This document shows positions 18,483 to 28,757 of a stretch of DNA of 64,000 bases, one piece after another. Under the pieces are notes generated by a model, which had not been told where the DNA came from, did not search any database, and worked only from the letters and a program-made list of their open reading frames with translations. Origin of the DNA: Candidatus Nomurabacteria bacterium (lineage in GTDB: Bacteria > Patescibacteriota > Minisyncoccia > Phycocordibacterales > UBA9973). The stretch's first letter is position 1. Each line of letters opens with the position of its first letter. The stretch spans positions 36,116-100,115 of the forward strand of contig JAPLXS010000012.1 in the NCBI GenBank assembly GCA_026395965.1, written 5' to 3'. The position numbers and the translations under genes were made by a program.

Positions 18483-18848
18483 TTGAAAATCATGAAAAAA
18501 GTAGTCAGTTATTTTAAAGCGATTTTTACATTAATATTTAGAGCAATCTTTTTATTAATAAGAAAGGTTGATAAATCTATTTTGAAAATTGTGGAAAAAA
18601 ATCCTAATTTTACAAAATTATCTATCATACCTTTGGTTGTGTATTTCTGTATTTGGGGGGTTTATATGTTGTGTATTTGCATGATTATATTTTCATGCGA
18701 AAATCTAGCAACACCAAATTGGATGCATACATGGGAATATTTGAATTTTCATAATTTTTTAAATCCTAGTTTTTTAGGAACCATAGAAATTATGTTATGC
18801 CTTTATATTATTAGGGTATTAAGTTATCTTAGTAATAAATTATTTTAA
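18483..18848 (+). CDS. Hypothetical membrane protein
   Basis: Hydrophobic 121-aa ORF followed by the terminator aaaaaccgtatttatacggttttttt (18846-18872). Confidence 0.45.
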   Translation: MKIMKKVVSYFKAIFTLIFRAIFLLIRKVDKSILKIVEKNPNFTKLSIIPLVVYFCIWGVYMLCICMIIFSCENLATPNWMHTWEYLNFHNFLNPSFLGTIEIMLCLYIIRVLSYLSNKLF

Positions 18849-18944
18849 AAACCGTATTTATACGGTTTTTTTTATTTTTAATTTTAATATATAAATCAGA
18901 ATTATTGAGTATAAAATGCATATTTTTTATGATATAATTCTCAT

Positions 18945-19637
18945 ATGAAAAATGAAACGGGAACTCTATATATAGTAGCAACTCCGATCGGAAATCTAGA
19001 GGATATCACACTTCGGGCACTTCGTGTTCTTAAGGAAGTTGATACTATTTTATGTGAAGATACTCGTACAACTCGAGTTTTGTTAAATAAATACGATATA
19101 CATACCAAAACTATGAGTTACAACGCTCATGCGACTGACAATAAAGAGTCAGTCATTATTAAGATGCTTAAAGAGGGTAAAAACCTGGCTCTAGTTTCCG
19201 ATGCTGGAACCCCATGTATTTCTGATCCGGGGGTTATGCTAGTAGCCAATGTTAAAAGTGAGCTAGGCGATGAATCAAAAGTTGTACCTATCCCTGGGCC
19301 GAGTGCTCTTGTCTCTGCTCTTTCAGCTAGTGGAGTATCATCGGCAGAATTTGTATTTTTGGGTTTTCTTCCTCACAAAAAGGGTAGAGAGACACTTTTT
19401 AAAGAGATAGCAAACAGCAAGAGGGTTATTGTTTTCTACGAGTCTACTCATAGGATTTTGAAAACATTGGCTTCTTTGGTATCTCACTCTCCAGAATTCC
19501 AGATTGTTATCGGAAGAGAAATTACAAAAACATTTGAAGAATTTGTTCACGGTACGCCCTCTGAAGTATTGGAATATTTTACTGTAAATACTGATAAGCA
19601 AAGAGGGGAATTTGTTGTGATTGTAGACCCTAAATAA
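18945..19637 (+). CDS. rsmI: 16S rRNA (cytidine1402-2'-O)-methyltransferase RsmI (tetrapyrrole methylase fold)
   Basis: The N-terminal motif LYIVATPIGNLEDITLRALRVLKEVDTILCEDTR is characteristic of RsmI. Confidence 0.85.
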   Translation: MKNETGTLYIVATPIGNLEDITLRALRVLKEVDTILCEDTRTTRVLLNKYDIHTKTMSYNAHATDNKESVIIKMLKEGKNLALVSDAGTPCISDPGVMLVANVKSELGDESKVVPIPGPSALVSALSASGVSSAEFVFLGFLPHKKGRETLFKEIANSKRVIVFYESTHRILKTLASLVSHSPEFQIVIGREITKTFEEFVHGTPSEVLEYFTVNTDKQRGEFVVIVDPK

Positions 19638-19655
19638 ATAAGATATAATAAAAAG

Positions 19656-19871
19656 ATGAGAAAAGAAAAAACATTATTTATCTTAGGTTTATGGGTGACA
19701 TTTTTATCATTTTTAGGTTTTTCACTTGCTTGGCGTAAATTCTTGTTTTTAATAACAGGTTTGTCTCTTATGTATTTAGCATATTTATTTTATCTAGAAG
19801 TTAAAGCTCGTTCATCAAAGGAAATGAGTCATCACAAAACATTTGTAGATAATGTAGTCGGTGGAGAATAA
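19656..19871 (+). CDS. Small membrane protein
   Basis: 71-aa ORF with two predicted TM helices, tightly packed between rsmI and the next gene. Confidence 0.4.
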   Translation: MRKEKTLFILGLWVTFLSFLGFSLAWRKFLFLITGLSLMYLAYLFYLEVKARSSKEMSHHKTFVDNVVGGE

Positions 19872-19873
19872 AT

Positions 19874-21112
19874 ATGATATTTAAAAAAAATACGACAAAA
19901 TATGTTTTTATCGGCCTCGCAATTTTAATTTGTGGGGTTGTTGTTTATAAATTACTACCAATGGTTTATAGCAACGATCTAGAATACGACATAAATGAAT
20001 CTGTATATAAAAATATAAATGCAGAGAGTGATCCTTTGTCAGAAAATGCAACGACTGATCCAAAAGTAGATGGTACAGTAGCTCAAGCAGCTGATGCTAT
20101 AATCCCTGTGACTCATATAAAAACTCCAGAACACGTCAAAGCACTATATATATCTGGTTGGGTTGCTGGTACTACTGATTTCCTGAAATCTGTTGTTAAA
20201 ATAATAGATGAAACAGAAATAAATGCAGTAGTTATAGATATCAAAGATTCCACAGGGCGAATAAGTTTTGAACTAAATGATCCAGAAATACAAAAAATAG
20301 GAAGTTCTCAAAAGAGAATTAGAAATATAAGAGCACTCACAAATATGTTGCATTCCAAAAATATTTATATTATTGGAAGAATTGCCACATTTCAAGATCC
20401 ATATCTAACAAATCTAAAACCAGAATGGGCAATAAAGAAAATCAGCAATGGGGGAATATGGAAAGACAGAAAAGGTCTATCATTTTTAGATCCTACAAAT
20501 AAAGAAGTCCATAAATACATAGTATCTATTGGGTTGGATTCTTACAAAGAAGGTTTTGATGAATTAAATTTTGATTATATAAGATATCCATCAGATGGAG
20601 ATCTGAAAGATATAAATTACAATCTAGCCAAGGGTGAAACTCGATCAGATAATATGGAAAAATTCTTTAAATATCTATCAGGAGAAATAAAAAAGGATGA
20701 AAACATTCCAATGTCTGCCGATATTTTTGGTCTTACAACTGAAGCAAGTGACGATATGGGTATAGGTCAAGTTTGGGAAAAAGTGATTCCATATTTTGAT
20801 TTCGTTAGTCCTATGGTGTATCCGTCTCACTATCCACCTGGACATGCTGGATATAAAAAACCTGCATTGTATCCTTATGAGATTATAAATAAAGCTCTTA
20901 TTGGTGCAGTAAAAAAGACAAAGGCTGTAAATCAAGATATATTAAAGATCCGTCCATGGTTGCAAGATTTTGATATGGGAGCTGTGTATACTAAAGAGAT
21001 GGTAAGAGCTCAAATGAATGCAGTATATGACAATGGTCTAACATCTTGGATGTTGTGGGACCCAAGCAACAAATACACTCCATCAGCATTAAAACTAGAA
21101 GCAGCAAATTAA
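19874..21112 (+). CDS. TIM-barrel glycoside-hydrolase-like protein (DUF4015-like) with N-terminal TM anchor
   Basis: A YISGWVAG block followed by alternating beta/alpha pattern. The family assignment is from memory and tentative. Confidence 0.45.
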   Translation: MIFKKNTTKYVFIGLAILICGVVVYKLLPMVYSNDLEYDINESVYKNINAESDPLSENATTDPKVDGTVAQAADAIIPVTHIKTPEHVKALYISGWVAGTTDFLKSVVKIIDETEINAVVIDIKDSTGRISFELNDPEIQKIGSSQKRIRNIRALTNMLHSKNIYIIGRIATFQDPYLTNLKPEWAIKKISNGGIWKDRKGLSFLDPTNKEVHKYIVSIGLDSYKEGFDELNFDYIRYPSDGDLKDINYNLAKGETRSDNMEKFFKYLSGEIKKDENIPMSADIFGLTTEASDDMGIGQVWEKVIPYFDFVSPMVYPSHYPPGHAGYKKPALYPYEIINKALIGAVKKTKAVNQDILKIRPWLQDFDMGAVYTKEMVRAQMNAVYDNGLTSWMLWDPSNKYTPSALKLEAAN

Positions 21113-21115
21113 TTT

Positions 21116-22351
21116 ATGAAAATTAAAATAAATAAAAATATTAATTTTAAAAAGATAGGAATTGTAATCGCATCAATTTTATTGGTTCTCGGTGCTATAG
21201 GATTTGGAATATATATCGGATATTCTCGCAGACCTGAAATAGAGAAAATTGCTTCTATCGTAAACAAAGAACCACAAGTAGAAACTTCTGCAGATTTTAG
21301 TTCTTTTTGGAAAGCATGGAATATTCTAAATGAAAAATCTATATATGCAAAGAAAACTAATGACCAAGATCGTGTCTGGGGCGCTATATCAGGGCTTGCA
21401 TCATCTATGGGAGACCCTTATACAGTATTTTTCCCACCAAAAGAGAATAAGTCTTTCAATGAAGAAATATTGGGTTCTTTTGAGGGTATAGGAGCAGAGA
21501 TAGGCATAAAAGACAAGATACTGACCATAGTATCCCCACTAAAAGATACTCCAGCCTTTATAGCTGGAATAAAAGCTGGTGATAAGATATTGAAAATAGA
21601 CAAAACTACTACTATGGGTATGACTATAGATCAAGCTATAGATATGATCCATGGGCCAGGTGGCTCTGTTGTTAAATTGTTGATCTTGCGTCCGGGAGAA
21701 AATGATACAAGAGAATTTTCTATTACTCGTGGTAGAATACAGATTCCAACTTTAGATACAGAACAACGCGCAGATGGTATTTTTGTAATAAAGCTTTATA
21801 ATTTTTCAGAAAAATCTGACACTTTATTTAAAGATGCAATTCTAAAATTTATTGATACTAAATCAAGTAAGCTTGTTATCGATCTAAGAGGTAATCCTGG
21901 TGGATACCTAGAGTCTGCTGTAAATATAGGATCATGGTTTATGGATGAAGGGAAAACAATACTAATCGAAGATTCTGTAAATGGAACAAAACCAAAGGTC
22001 TATAGAAGTCACGGACCAAGACTATTCAATGAAAATCTTTCTCTAGTTGTATTGGTAGATGGTGGTTCAGCTTCTGCTTCTGAGATATTAGCAGGTGCTC
22101 TAAAAGAACAAGGTATTGCAACTTTAGTAGGAGAAAAGACTTTTGGTAAGGGTTCAGTACAAGAACTAGTCAAAATAACCGATGATACATCACTCAAGGT
22201 TACTGTGGCAAACTGGCTCACACCAAATGGAGTTTCTATCTCATTGCAAGGATTAGAACCTGATGTAAAGGTTCCATTTACTGCAAAGGATGCTGAGGCC
22301 AAGGCAGACCCACAGATGGACAGAGCGGTCAAAATATTGAATTCAAAATAG
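21116..22351 (+). CDS. ctpA: Carboxyl-terminal processing protease (S41 family, CtpA-like) with PDZ domain
   Basis: FEGIGAEI, a PDZ region (GIKAGDKILKID), and VLVDGGSASASEILAGALKE..GEKTFGKG. Confidence 0.85.
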   Translation: MKIKINKNINFKKIGIVIASILLVLGAIGFGIYIGYSRRPEIEKIASIVNKEPQVETSADFSSFWKAWNILNEKSIYAKKTNDQDRVWGAISGLASSMGDPYTVFFPPKENKSFNEEILGSFEGIGAEIGIKDKILTIVSPLKDTPAFIAGIKAGDKILKIDKTTTMGMTIDQAIDMIHGPGGSVVKLLILRPGENDTREFSITRGRIQIPTLDTEQRADGIFVIKLYNFSEKSDTLFKDAILKFIDTKSSKLVIDLRGNPGGYLESAVNIGSWFMDEGKTILIEDSVNGTKPKVYRSHGPRLFNENLSLVVLVDGGSASASEILAGALKEQGIATLVGEKTFGKGSVQELVKITDDTSLKVTVANWLTPNGVSISLQGLEPDVKVPFTAKDAEAKADPQMDRAVKILNSK

Positions 22352-22464
22352 TTTAAGAAGTTGAATCCATAAAATTTTTAAAAATAAATTATTATAAATT
22401 AATTATATTTTTCCTAAATAATATATCGTTACGATAATGTTGTTTAGGAAAAAAGTTTAGATGT

Positions 22465-22905
22465 ATGAAAGTAATTTTACTTACAGATATACCCAAAGTT
22501 GGAAATAGATATGATGTAAAAGATTTCAAAGAAGGTTATGCTCAAAATGTACTCTTAGCAAAAGGCTTGGCTGTCCTTGCTACAAAATCAGAATTAGCAA
22601 AAATAGAAGATAGAAAGAAAGCATCTGAAAAGAAAAGACTAGAAGAAGTAGAGTCATTCAATAATCTTATTTCATCTGTTGGTGGAAAGACTATCACAGT
22701 AAAAGCAAAAGCAAATGAAAAAGGCCATCTATTTAAAGCAGTAGGGGCTCATGACGTGGCTTTGGTTATTAAAGAAGCAACAGATATAGAAATAAGCGAA
22801 GATTCTATAAAAATGGATCATGTTAAAAATGTAGGATCCCATAAAGTTTTTATTAAAAAAGGGGATATGAAAGGTGAGTGTGAGATAGTTGTTGTGTCTA
22901 TGTAA
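22465..22905 (+). CDS. rplI: 50S ribosomal protein L9
   Basis: MKVILLTDIPKVGNRYDVKDFKEGYAQNVLLAKGLA is a typical L9 N-domain. Confidence 0.9.
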   Translation: MKVILLTDIPKVGNRYDVKDFKEGYAQNVLLAKGLAVLATKSELAKIEDRKKASEKKRLEEVESFNNLISSVGGKTITVKAKANEKGHLFKAVGAHDVALVIKEATDIEISEDSIKMDHVKNVGSHKVFIKKGDMKGECEIVVVSM

Positions 22906-22947
22906 ATAAAAAACCCCTTAAGCAAAGCCTAGGGGATTTTTTATTTA

Positions 22948-23220
22948 TTATTTAACGTGAACGATTTTCTTAACTGAGGATGTTCTATTGAAATTAATTT
23001 TTCTTTTTGTTCCAAAACTAACTGTTCCTTCTTTAAGTGCAAAGAGAGTGTGATCTTTACCAAGTCCTACATTAGTTCCTGGAAGAATTCTTGTTCCTCG
23101 TTGACGTATGATGATTGATCCAGCTTTTGCTGTCTCTCCAGCGTAAAGTTTAGTACCGAGGTACTTTGGATTTGAATCTTTTAAGTTTTTAGCCGAACCT
23201 CCGGCTTTCCTATGTGCCAT
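22948..23220 (-). CDS. rpmA: 50S ribosomal protein L27
   Basis: [38 protein letters not shown]. Confidence 0.9.
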   Translation of the reverse strand: MAHRKAGGSAKNLKDSNPKYLGTKLYAGETAKAGSIIIRQRGTRILPGTNVGLGKDHTLFALKEGTVSFGTKRKINFNRTSSVKKIVHVK

Positions 23221-23270
23221 ATATTGTTATGCTAGTCAGTAGCCAATTTATTAATTATAATCAAGTACAT

Positions 23271-23666
23271 ATGAGTATACCTAATATTATCCATAAAATC
23301 AAGAGCAATAGTGGTATTGACAGTACGACTATTATGTTTCTATTAATAATAGTGGGGGTGGGGATAGGGTCATTCAGTTTAGGCAGAATATCTACTAATA
23401 ATAGCTCAAATGAAGATGCCTTAAATAATAAGGCTATTTATGCTGTAAAAACAGCTAATTTAGGTGATTTCACTGAAAGTAATGACAATACAGATAAAAC
23501 AACAAACTCCAAAGAAAAAATGTATGTTGCGTCAAAAAATGGTAAAATATACTATAGTATTGGATGTAGTGGTGCAAAGCGCATTAAGCCAATAAATGAA
23601 GTATGGTTCAGTAGTGCACAAGATGCAGAAAAATCTGGATTTAAAGCATCGGCTTCATGCAAATAA
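23271..23666 (+). CDS. Membrane-anchored protein with C-terminal Ada-like zinc-binding domain
   Basis: The C-terminus IYYSIGCSGAKRIKPINEVWFSSAQDAEKSGFKASASC matches the Ada_Zn_binding pattern Y..C.....K..N.V.F.S...A...GF...C. The start was moved to an internal Met to avoid overlapping the rpmA start; this is uncertain. Confidence 0.5.
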   Translation: MSIPNIIHKIKSNSGIDSTTIMFLLIIVGVGIGSFSLGRISTNNSSNEDALNNKAIYAVKTANLGDFTESNDNTDKTTNSKEKMYVASKNGKIYYSIGCSGAKRIKPINEVWFSSAQDAEKSGFKASASCK

Positions 23667-23667
23667 T

Positions 23668-24567
23668 ATGAAATCAATTTATAAAATCTTAATAGTTTTT
23701 TCATTTATACTATCTTTATATGCTGCAAGAGGCGATATTATGATGGTTATAAATAAAATACCTTCAGTCAATAGAGTGATAAGTTATAACAAAAGCCAGT
23801 TTATTAAATTGGTAGAAACAGAGGTAGTACCAATAGTAAAAAAATCTGAGATACCAGGACCCTTGCGTGTTGTTAGTGATTATCTAAAAGGCAATACTTC
23901 ACTAGACAAAAATAATGTAATAAAGATTACAAATAAATACAGAAAAGAAAATGGTAATCTTGGTGCATTGGTAGATAGTCCAAAACTGGATTTATCAGCA
24001 CAGAAAAAATTAAAAGACATGTTTGATGGTCAATATTTCGAACATGTATCACCAAGTGGTTTGAGTGTTGGAGATCTTGGAGGTCAGGTTGGGTATGAAT
24101 ACATCTTGATAGGAGAAAACCTAGCTCTTGGTAACTTCAAGAATGACTTGGGCTTAGTCGACGCATGGATGGCTAGTCCAGGTCATAGAGCCAATATTCT
24201 TAATACACACTACACTGAAATCGGAGTTGCTGTCGGTAAAGGCAAATATGAAGGCAAAAATGTTTGGATCGCTGTACAGCATTTTGGTACACCAAAGAGT
24301 ATATGCCCAGAGATAGATCAGTCTCTTCGAAATACCATAGAAATGAATAGAATAAAAATAAAAAATATGGAGAATGATTTTAATATAAGAAAGTCTAATT
24401 TGGACCTAAAATCTATTATTGAAGGGAATACTTATTTTGAACAAATAAATAAATATAATAATCTAATTGAAGTTTATAATAAATTATCAGCAGATACAAA
24501 ACAAGAAGTTGATGATTACAATGTACAGATTGCAGAGTTTAATCTCTGCCTAGCAAACAATCAGTAG
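23668..24567 (+). CDS. Secreted/membrane-anchored CAP (SCP/PR-1-like) domain protein
   Basis: Signal/TM sequence followed by GYEYILIGENLALGN..WMASPGHRANILNTHYTEIGVAV..VWIAVQHFG, which is the CAP signature. The start was set at the Met right after the upstream stop. Confidence 0.7.
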   Translation: MKSIYKILIVFSFILSLYAARGDIMMVINKIPSVNRVISYNKSQFIKLVETEVVPIVKKSEIPGPLRVVSDYLKGNTSLDKNNVIKITNKYRKENGNLGALVDSPKLDLSAQKKLKDMFDGQYFEHVSPSGLSVGDLGGQVGYEYILIGENLALGNFKNDLGLVDAWMASPGHRANILNTHYTEIGVAVGKGKYEGKNVWIAVQHFGTPKSICPEIDQSLRNTIEMNRIKIKNMENDFNIRKSNLDLKSIIEGNTYFEQINKYNNLIEVYNKLSADTKQEVDDYNVQIAEFNLCLANNQ

Positions 24568-24915
24568 TTTTGCCCATATATGTAGAGAGGGGTATGACTT
24601 TTGGAGTCATCTAAAGGCTATGTAAAAATGAATAACAGTGTCGCACAATATATCTTTTACGACACTAATATATAAAATTAAGCTATATTTTTAAACATAT
24701 TATATATCAATACAAATTTTCATTTATTATATCTTGATCCGGGTATTTTTATACTTATTTAATTGGGCTGGTACCCTGTCTTTGAGTCTAGTGTCCCCTA
24801 ATTATTTATATTCAAAATATTTTTAAATTTTAAAATAAAAAAACTTCAGAAAATAAATAAATTTTCTGAAGTTTAAATTGTTGACAGTAATATTAAATAT
24901 GTTGTAATAATGAAA

Positions 24916-25233
24916 TTATAAATAATATCCTAAAAAAGGAAAAACACATGATGGTCTATAATTACTTTCTTGAGTCTGATCTATACTAGTATCGATTGCA
25001 TTGTTTTTGTTTAGATAGACTTCTTTATGATCATCATTGTTGTTTTTAGTAATATTCTTCATATTTGTATTTTTTGTATTACTACAAATTACCATGTCTT
25101 TTTTAGATACAATACTATTTTTATTTGTAGTATTTGTATCTGTTTTTTTTCTTTTTACCGTTATTTTTTCTGGTTGCTTTTCTACAGAATTTTTTCTGTG
25201 AGCACTCCGAGGAGGTTTTGTTCTATTTTTCAT
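24916..25233 (-). CDS. Basic, low-complexity (K/N/T-rich) small protein
   Basis: 105-aa disordered-looking ORF with a perfect terminator hairpin downstream (24841-24874). Confidence 0.35.
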   Translation of the reverse strand: MKNRTKPPRSAHRKNSVEKQPEKITVKRKKTDTNTTNKNSIVSKKDMVICSNTKNTNMKNITKNNNDDHKEVYLNKNNAIDTSIDQTQESNYRPSCVFPFLGYYL

Positions 25234-25316
25234 ATTATAAAGAATTAAAGTTTTTATTATAATATCAGATATCTTATATAATGTACATTAAACAACTTAC
25301 AATAATCTACTGTAGA

Positions 25317-25550
25317 TTATTGTAAGTTGTTTATACTTCCAGCGTCTGTAATTTGTTTAAATCCTGCTTTTTCCATAAGAGTTTTAGCCATCATAGATCT
25401 ATTGCCAGATTCGCAGTACAGTGATATCTCTGTATTTTTATCTATATTGGGATAAATACCTTCCAACATATCCATAATATCGTGAAGAATAGCATCCTTT
25501 ATGTGACCTTGTTCGTATTCACCTTTTGTTCTTACATCAATTAAAATCAT
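25317..25550 (-). CDS. Single-domain rhodanese-like sulfurtransferase
   Basis: ILIDVRTKGEYEQGHIKDA ... YCESGNRS is the active-site Cys loop. Confidence 0.7.
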   Translation of the reverse strand: MILIDVRTKGEYEQGHIKDAILHDIMDMLEGIYPNIDKNTEISLYCESGNRSMMAKTLMEKAGFKQITDAGSINNLQ

Positions 25551-25639
25551 ATATGATATTATAACTTAATATTTGGTATATTTCTATATTAAAAAACACC
25601 TTCAGGACCTAAATCCTAAAGGTGTTTATATTTTATAGA

Positions 25640-25903
25640 TTAAAGTGTTTTTAAATCACTATCTATAGTTTTTAAATCTTGAGTGCTTGTATCAGTTAAA
25701 TCAATTTTATTTAAGCTGTTGTTTATATCAGTTGTAGTATCTGAAGATATGGCTTGGTTAAAATCAATCTCGGCTTGTGTTGTTGTAGGTGTGTCAGATA
25801 TTTTTTTATCTTCCTCTTTATACTTTTTTAAAAAGACAATTACAACAGCTGATATGATTACAATGATTATAGCTACTAGCATTAGTTTATTATTTTTCTT
25901 CAT
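25640..25903 (-). CDS. Small secreted/TM protein, Thr/Asp-rich
   Basis: N-terminal TM helix followed by a low-complexity region. Confidence 0.3.
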   Translation of the reverse strand: MKKNNKLMLVAIIIVIISAVVIVFLKKYKEEDKKISDTPTTTQAEIDFNQAISSDTTTDINNSLNKIDLTDTSTQDLKTIDSDLKTL

Positions 25904-25909
25904 AAATAT

Positions 25910-26794
25910 TTAGTTAGTACTTGTAGTGTTTGTATTGTCGACCGCATTAGAAATTGTATTTTCATCTACATTTGGTACTTTAGCGAGTATTTTTGCTAGA
26001 TCTTTTACGGTTGTATGCGCTGATTTAACTTTAACATTTAAACTTTTCATATCAGTATTAAATAAATCACGGAGTTTTTTCATTTCTGCTTTTAGTGTAA
26101 CCTCATCATTTATTGTAGTTGATATTGTATATTGTTTTGATATTTGAATTTTTATAGCATTTTCTGCTGATAGTATTGCATTGTCTACCTCAGCTTGTTT
26201 TGCTGATAATGTAGATATATCTATTATCTTATTTTCAGCTTTAGAAATACGAGACTTAATACTAATCAAAACATTTTTTATTTTATTCAATTTTTCTGTA
26301 AGTTGGTTTGTTCTATTTAAATTTAATTCATTTAAATTATTTACAATTTTTTCTGCAGAAGCTTTTTTCTTTTCATCCTTAATTTTAGAAATATTTTCTT
26401 TGAAAGCTGTTTTCATTTCTGCTGTTTTCAATTTTATTTCCTCCTTATTATTTTCTATTTGTTTCTTGAATTCATTTCGTGTATTTTTTATCTGCTGTAA
26501 TTCTTGTTCCATTTTAACCCTGTATTCTGCATTTTTTGCCTTTTGTTCTACTCTTAAATTTTTTAGTACATTTTCTCTTTTTGGCTTTTCAGGACCTTTT
26601 TCTATCTCTCCTGGGCATTTTGCAAATTCACAATTTGGACCTGTACGGCCAACACCAGAACCATCTGGACATATTTTGGCTTCTGCTGTACAAGCTATTG
26701 CAGGTTCTATATCTTCAGCATGAGCTACAAAAGCAGCAAAGACTGACATAAGTATAATAAAAGAAGAAACACTATATTTTATATTTTTTTTCAT
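25910..26794 (-). CDS. Secreted coiled-coil protein with N-terminal Cys-rich module
   Basis: Signal peptide, CTAEAKICPDGSGVGRTGPNCEFAKCPGE, then ~200 aa of heptad-like K/E-rich sequence. Confidence 0.5.
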   Translation of the reverse strand: MKKNIKYSVSSFIILMSVFAAFVAHAEDIEPAIACTAEAKICPDGSGVGRTGPNCEFAKCPGEIEKGPEKPKRENVLKNLRVEQKAKNAEYRVKMEQELQQIKNTRNEFKKQIENNKEEIKLKTAEMKTAFKENISKIKDEKKKASAEKIVNNLNELNLNRTNQLTEKLNKIKNVLISIKSRISKAENKIIDISTLSAKQAEVDNAILSAENAIKIQISKQYTISTTINDEVTLKAEMKKLRDLFNTDMKSLNVKVKSAHTTVKDLAKILAKVPNVDENTISNAVDNTNTTSTN

Positions 26795-26979
26795 CCAATT
26801 TTTATTGTATATATTATATTTTTTATAAAAACAATATATATTAATTAAATTATAATAAACTTTTAATTTTGCACAGATTTTATTGTAAACTGCGACCGCT
26901 GTTTACAATCTAATAATTATAAACATATTTAATACGTAAAGCAAAATAAAAAATCCCTATATTTATAAGGACTTTTTAT

Positions 26980-27951
26980 TTAGTTTATAACACTATTTAT
27001 AACTTTCCCTGTTTCAAATGCAGATATTATGTTTTTGGCAGCTATTTCTGCCATCATATCACGAGCTGATTGACGTGCAGAAGCAATATGTGGTGTAAGT
27101 ATTACATTTGATAATCTATTCAAGCCCAGAGTAAGTTTTGGTTCAAATTCATATACATCCAAAGCTGCTCCACAAATAATCTTATTTTTTAAGGCAAATA
27201 CCAATGCTTTTTCATCTACGACAGGTCCTCTTGATGTATTAATCAAAAATGCAGTTTTTTTCATTGAAGCTAGAGATTTTTTGTCTATAAGATGATGAGT
27301 TGAGTTGATGAGTGGAACATGTAGAGATATGATATCTGCTTCTTTTAAAACTTCTGATTTTTCTTTTTTTATTGAGTTAGTTGCCTTTTCGAGTTCAAAG
27401 TTTTGCACTAAGTCACTATATATAACATTCAAACCAAATCCATAATGAAGCATTTTTGCAACTTCTGTTCCTATTTGTCCAACTCCTATTAATCCAATAG
27501 TTTTATTTTTTAAATCTGTTCCTATGAGCAAATCTGGATCCCATCCTTTGTATTTGCCTTTGCGCATAAATCTATCGCCTTCTGTTATTCTTGTAGTAAG
27601 TGCCATTATCAGTGCTACAGTATGCTCTGCTACTGCAGTAGAAGATATTCCTGGTGTATTTGAAACGCAGATATTTCTAGCTTTAACTTCAGAAATATCT
27701 ACGTTGTTGTAACCGACAGAAAAATTTGCACATACTTTTATGGTTGGACAAGCATTAAAAATATCTTTATCGAGTGGATCAGTCAAAAAAGAAATAATAC
27801 CATCGTATGGTTTTTTCTTTAATGCTTTAACTATCTCTTTTTTTGTTGGAGGAAATTTTGATTTACCAATATCAAAGCTAATCCCCTTTTCTCTAAGTAG
27901 ATTAAGTCCTGCCTCTGGTATTTTTCTAGTTATGTATATTTTTTTATCCAT
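26980..27951 (-). CDS. D-isomer-specific 2-hydroxyacid dehydrogenase (glycerate/hydroxypyruvate reductase-like)
   Basis: NAD-binding GLIGVGQIGTEVAKML and catalytic region ..SRGPVVDEKALV..; 323 aa. Confidence 0.8.
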   Translation of the reverse strand: MDKKIYITRKIPEAGLNLLREKGISFDIGKSKFPPTKKEIVKALKKKPYDGIISFLTDPLDKDIFNACPTIKVCANFSVGYNNVDISEVKARNICVSNTPGISSTAVAEHTVALIMALTTRITEGDRFMRKGKYKGWDPDLLIGTDLKNKTIGLIGVGQIGTEVAKMLHYGFGLNVIYSDLVQNFELEKATNSIKKEKSEVLKEADIISLHVPLINSTHHLIDKKSLASMKKTAFLINTSRGPVVDEKALVFALKNKIICGAALDVYEFEPKLTLGLNRLSNVILTPHIASARQSARDMMAEIAAKNIISAFETGKVINSVIN

Positions 27952-27959
27952 TGTTTGTA

Positions 27960-28757
27960 TTATCCAATATGAGTTATATTTTTATGTTTTTCAGCCTCTA
28001 GTGCTATTTTTTCCATTATAGATACTGCTTCTATTGGGTATTTACCTTTTGCAGACTCTTCTGAGAGCATTACACCGTCGGCTCCATCTAGTATTGCATA
28101 AGCAACATCTGAGACTTCTGCTCTTGTAGGTTTTGGATTTTCTACCATAGACAAAAGCATTTGAGTAGCAACTATAACCATTTTACCAGATTTTTTACAT
28201 TCTTGAATTATTTTATGTTGTATAAATGGTATTTCTTCAAGTGGAAATTCATTGCCTAGATCTCCTCTTGCTACCATTATGGCATCTGTACATTCTAAAA
28301 TTTCAGAAAGATTTTGGACTGCTAATTTTCTTTCTATTTTTGCTATAACTTTTTGGTTGCCACCTCTTTCTTTTATTAATTCTTTTAATTTGATTATATC
28401 AGATGCAGTTCCAACAAAAGACAAGGCAATATAATCTACACCTTGCTCAATTCCGAAAGTTAAATCAGATATATCTTTTTCTGTTATTACTTCTTGGTCT
28501 TTTTCTCCTCCAAAGTGATGTTCAGATCCTTCTTGTACTCTTGGACCAGATAAATCCTGTATTATTGGGATGTATTTGTTGTATTCATTTTTTGATATTT
28601 CACGAATATTTTTAATGAGTTCTGTGTGCCATTCGTGTGTGCCCCATGAGAAATTTAAACGGACTATATCCATACGGTGTGAAATAAGAGCAGAAATTAT
28701 TTCTCTACTATTACTTGCTGGACCTATCGTAGCTACTATTTTTGTTGCTGATTCCAT
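27960..28757 (-). CDS. pyk: Miniature pyruvate kinase: catalytic A-domain barrel only, with the B (lid) and C (regulatory) domains absent
   Basis: [84 protein letters not shown] are all PK signatures, yet the protein is only 266 aa. Start set at MESATK (28757) with an AAGGA SD-like element 8 nt upstream. Confidence 0.7.
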   Translation of the reverse strand: MESATKIVATIGPASNSREIISALISHRMDIVRLNFSWGTHEWHTELIKNIREISKNEYNKYIPIIQDLSGPRVQEGSEHHFGGEKDQEVITEKDISDLTFGIEQGVDYIALSFVGTASDIIKLKELIKERGGNQKVIAKIERKLAVQNLSEILECTDAIMVARGDLGNEFPLEEIPFIQHKIIQECKKSGKMVIVATQMLLSMVENPKPTRAEVSDVAYAILDGADGVMLSEESAKGKYPIEAVSIMEKIALEAEKHKNITHIG

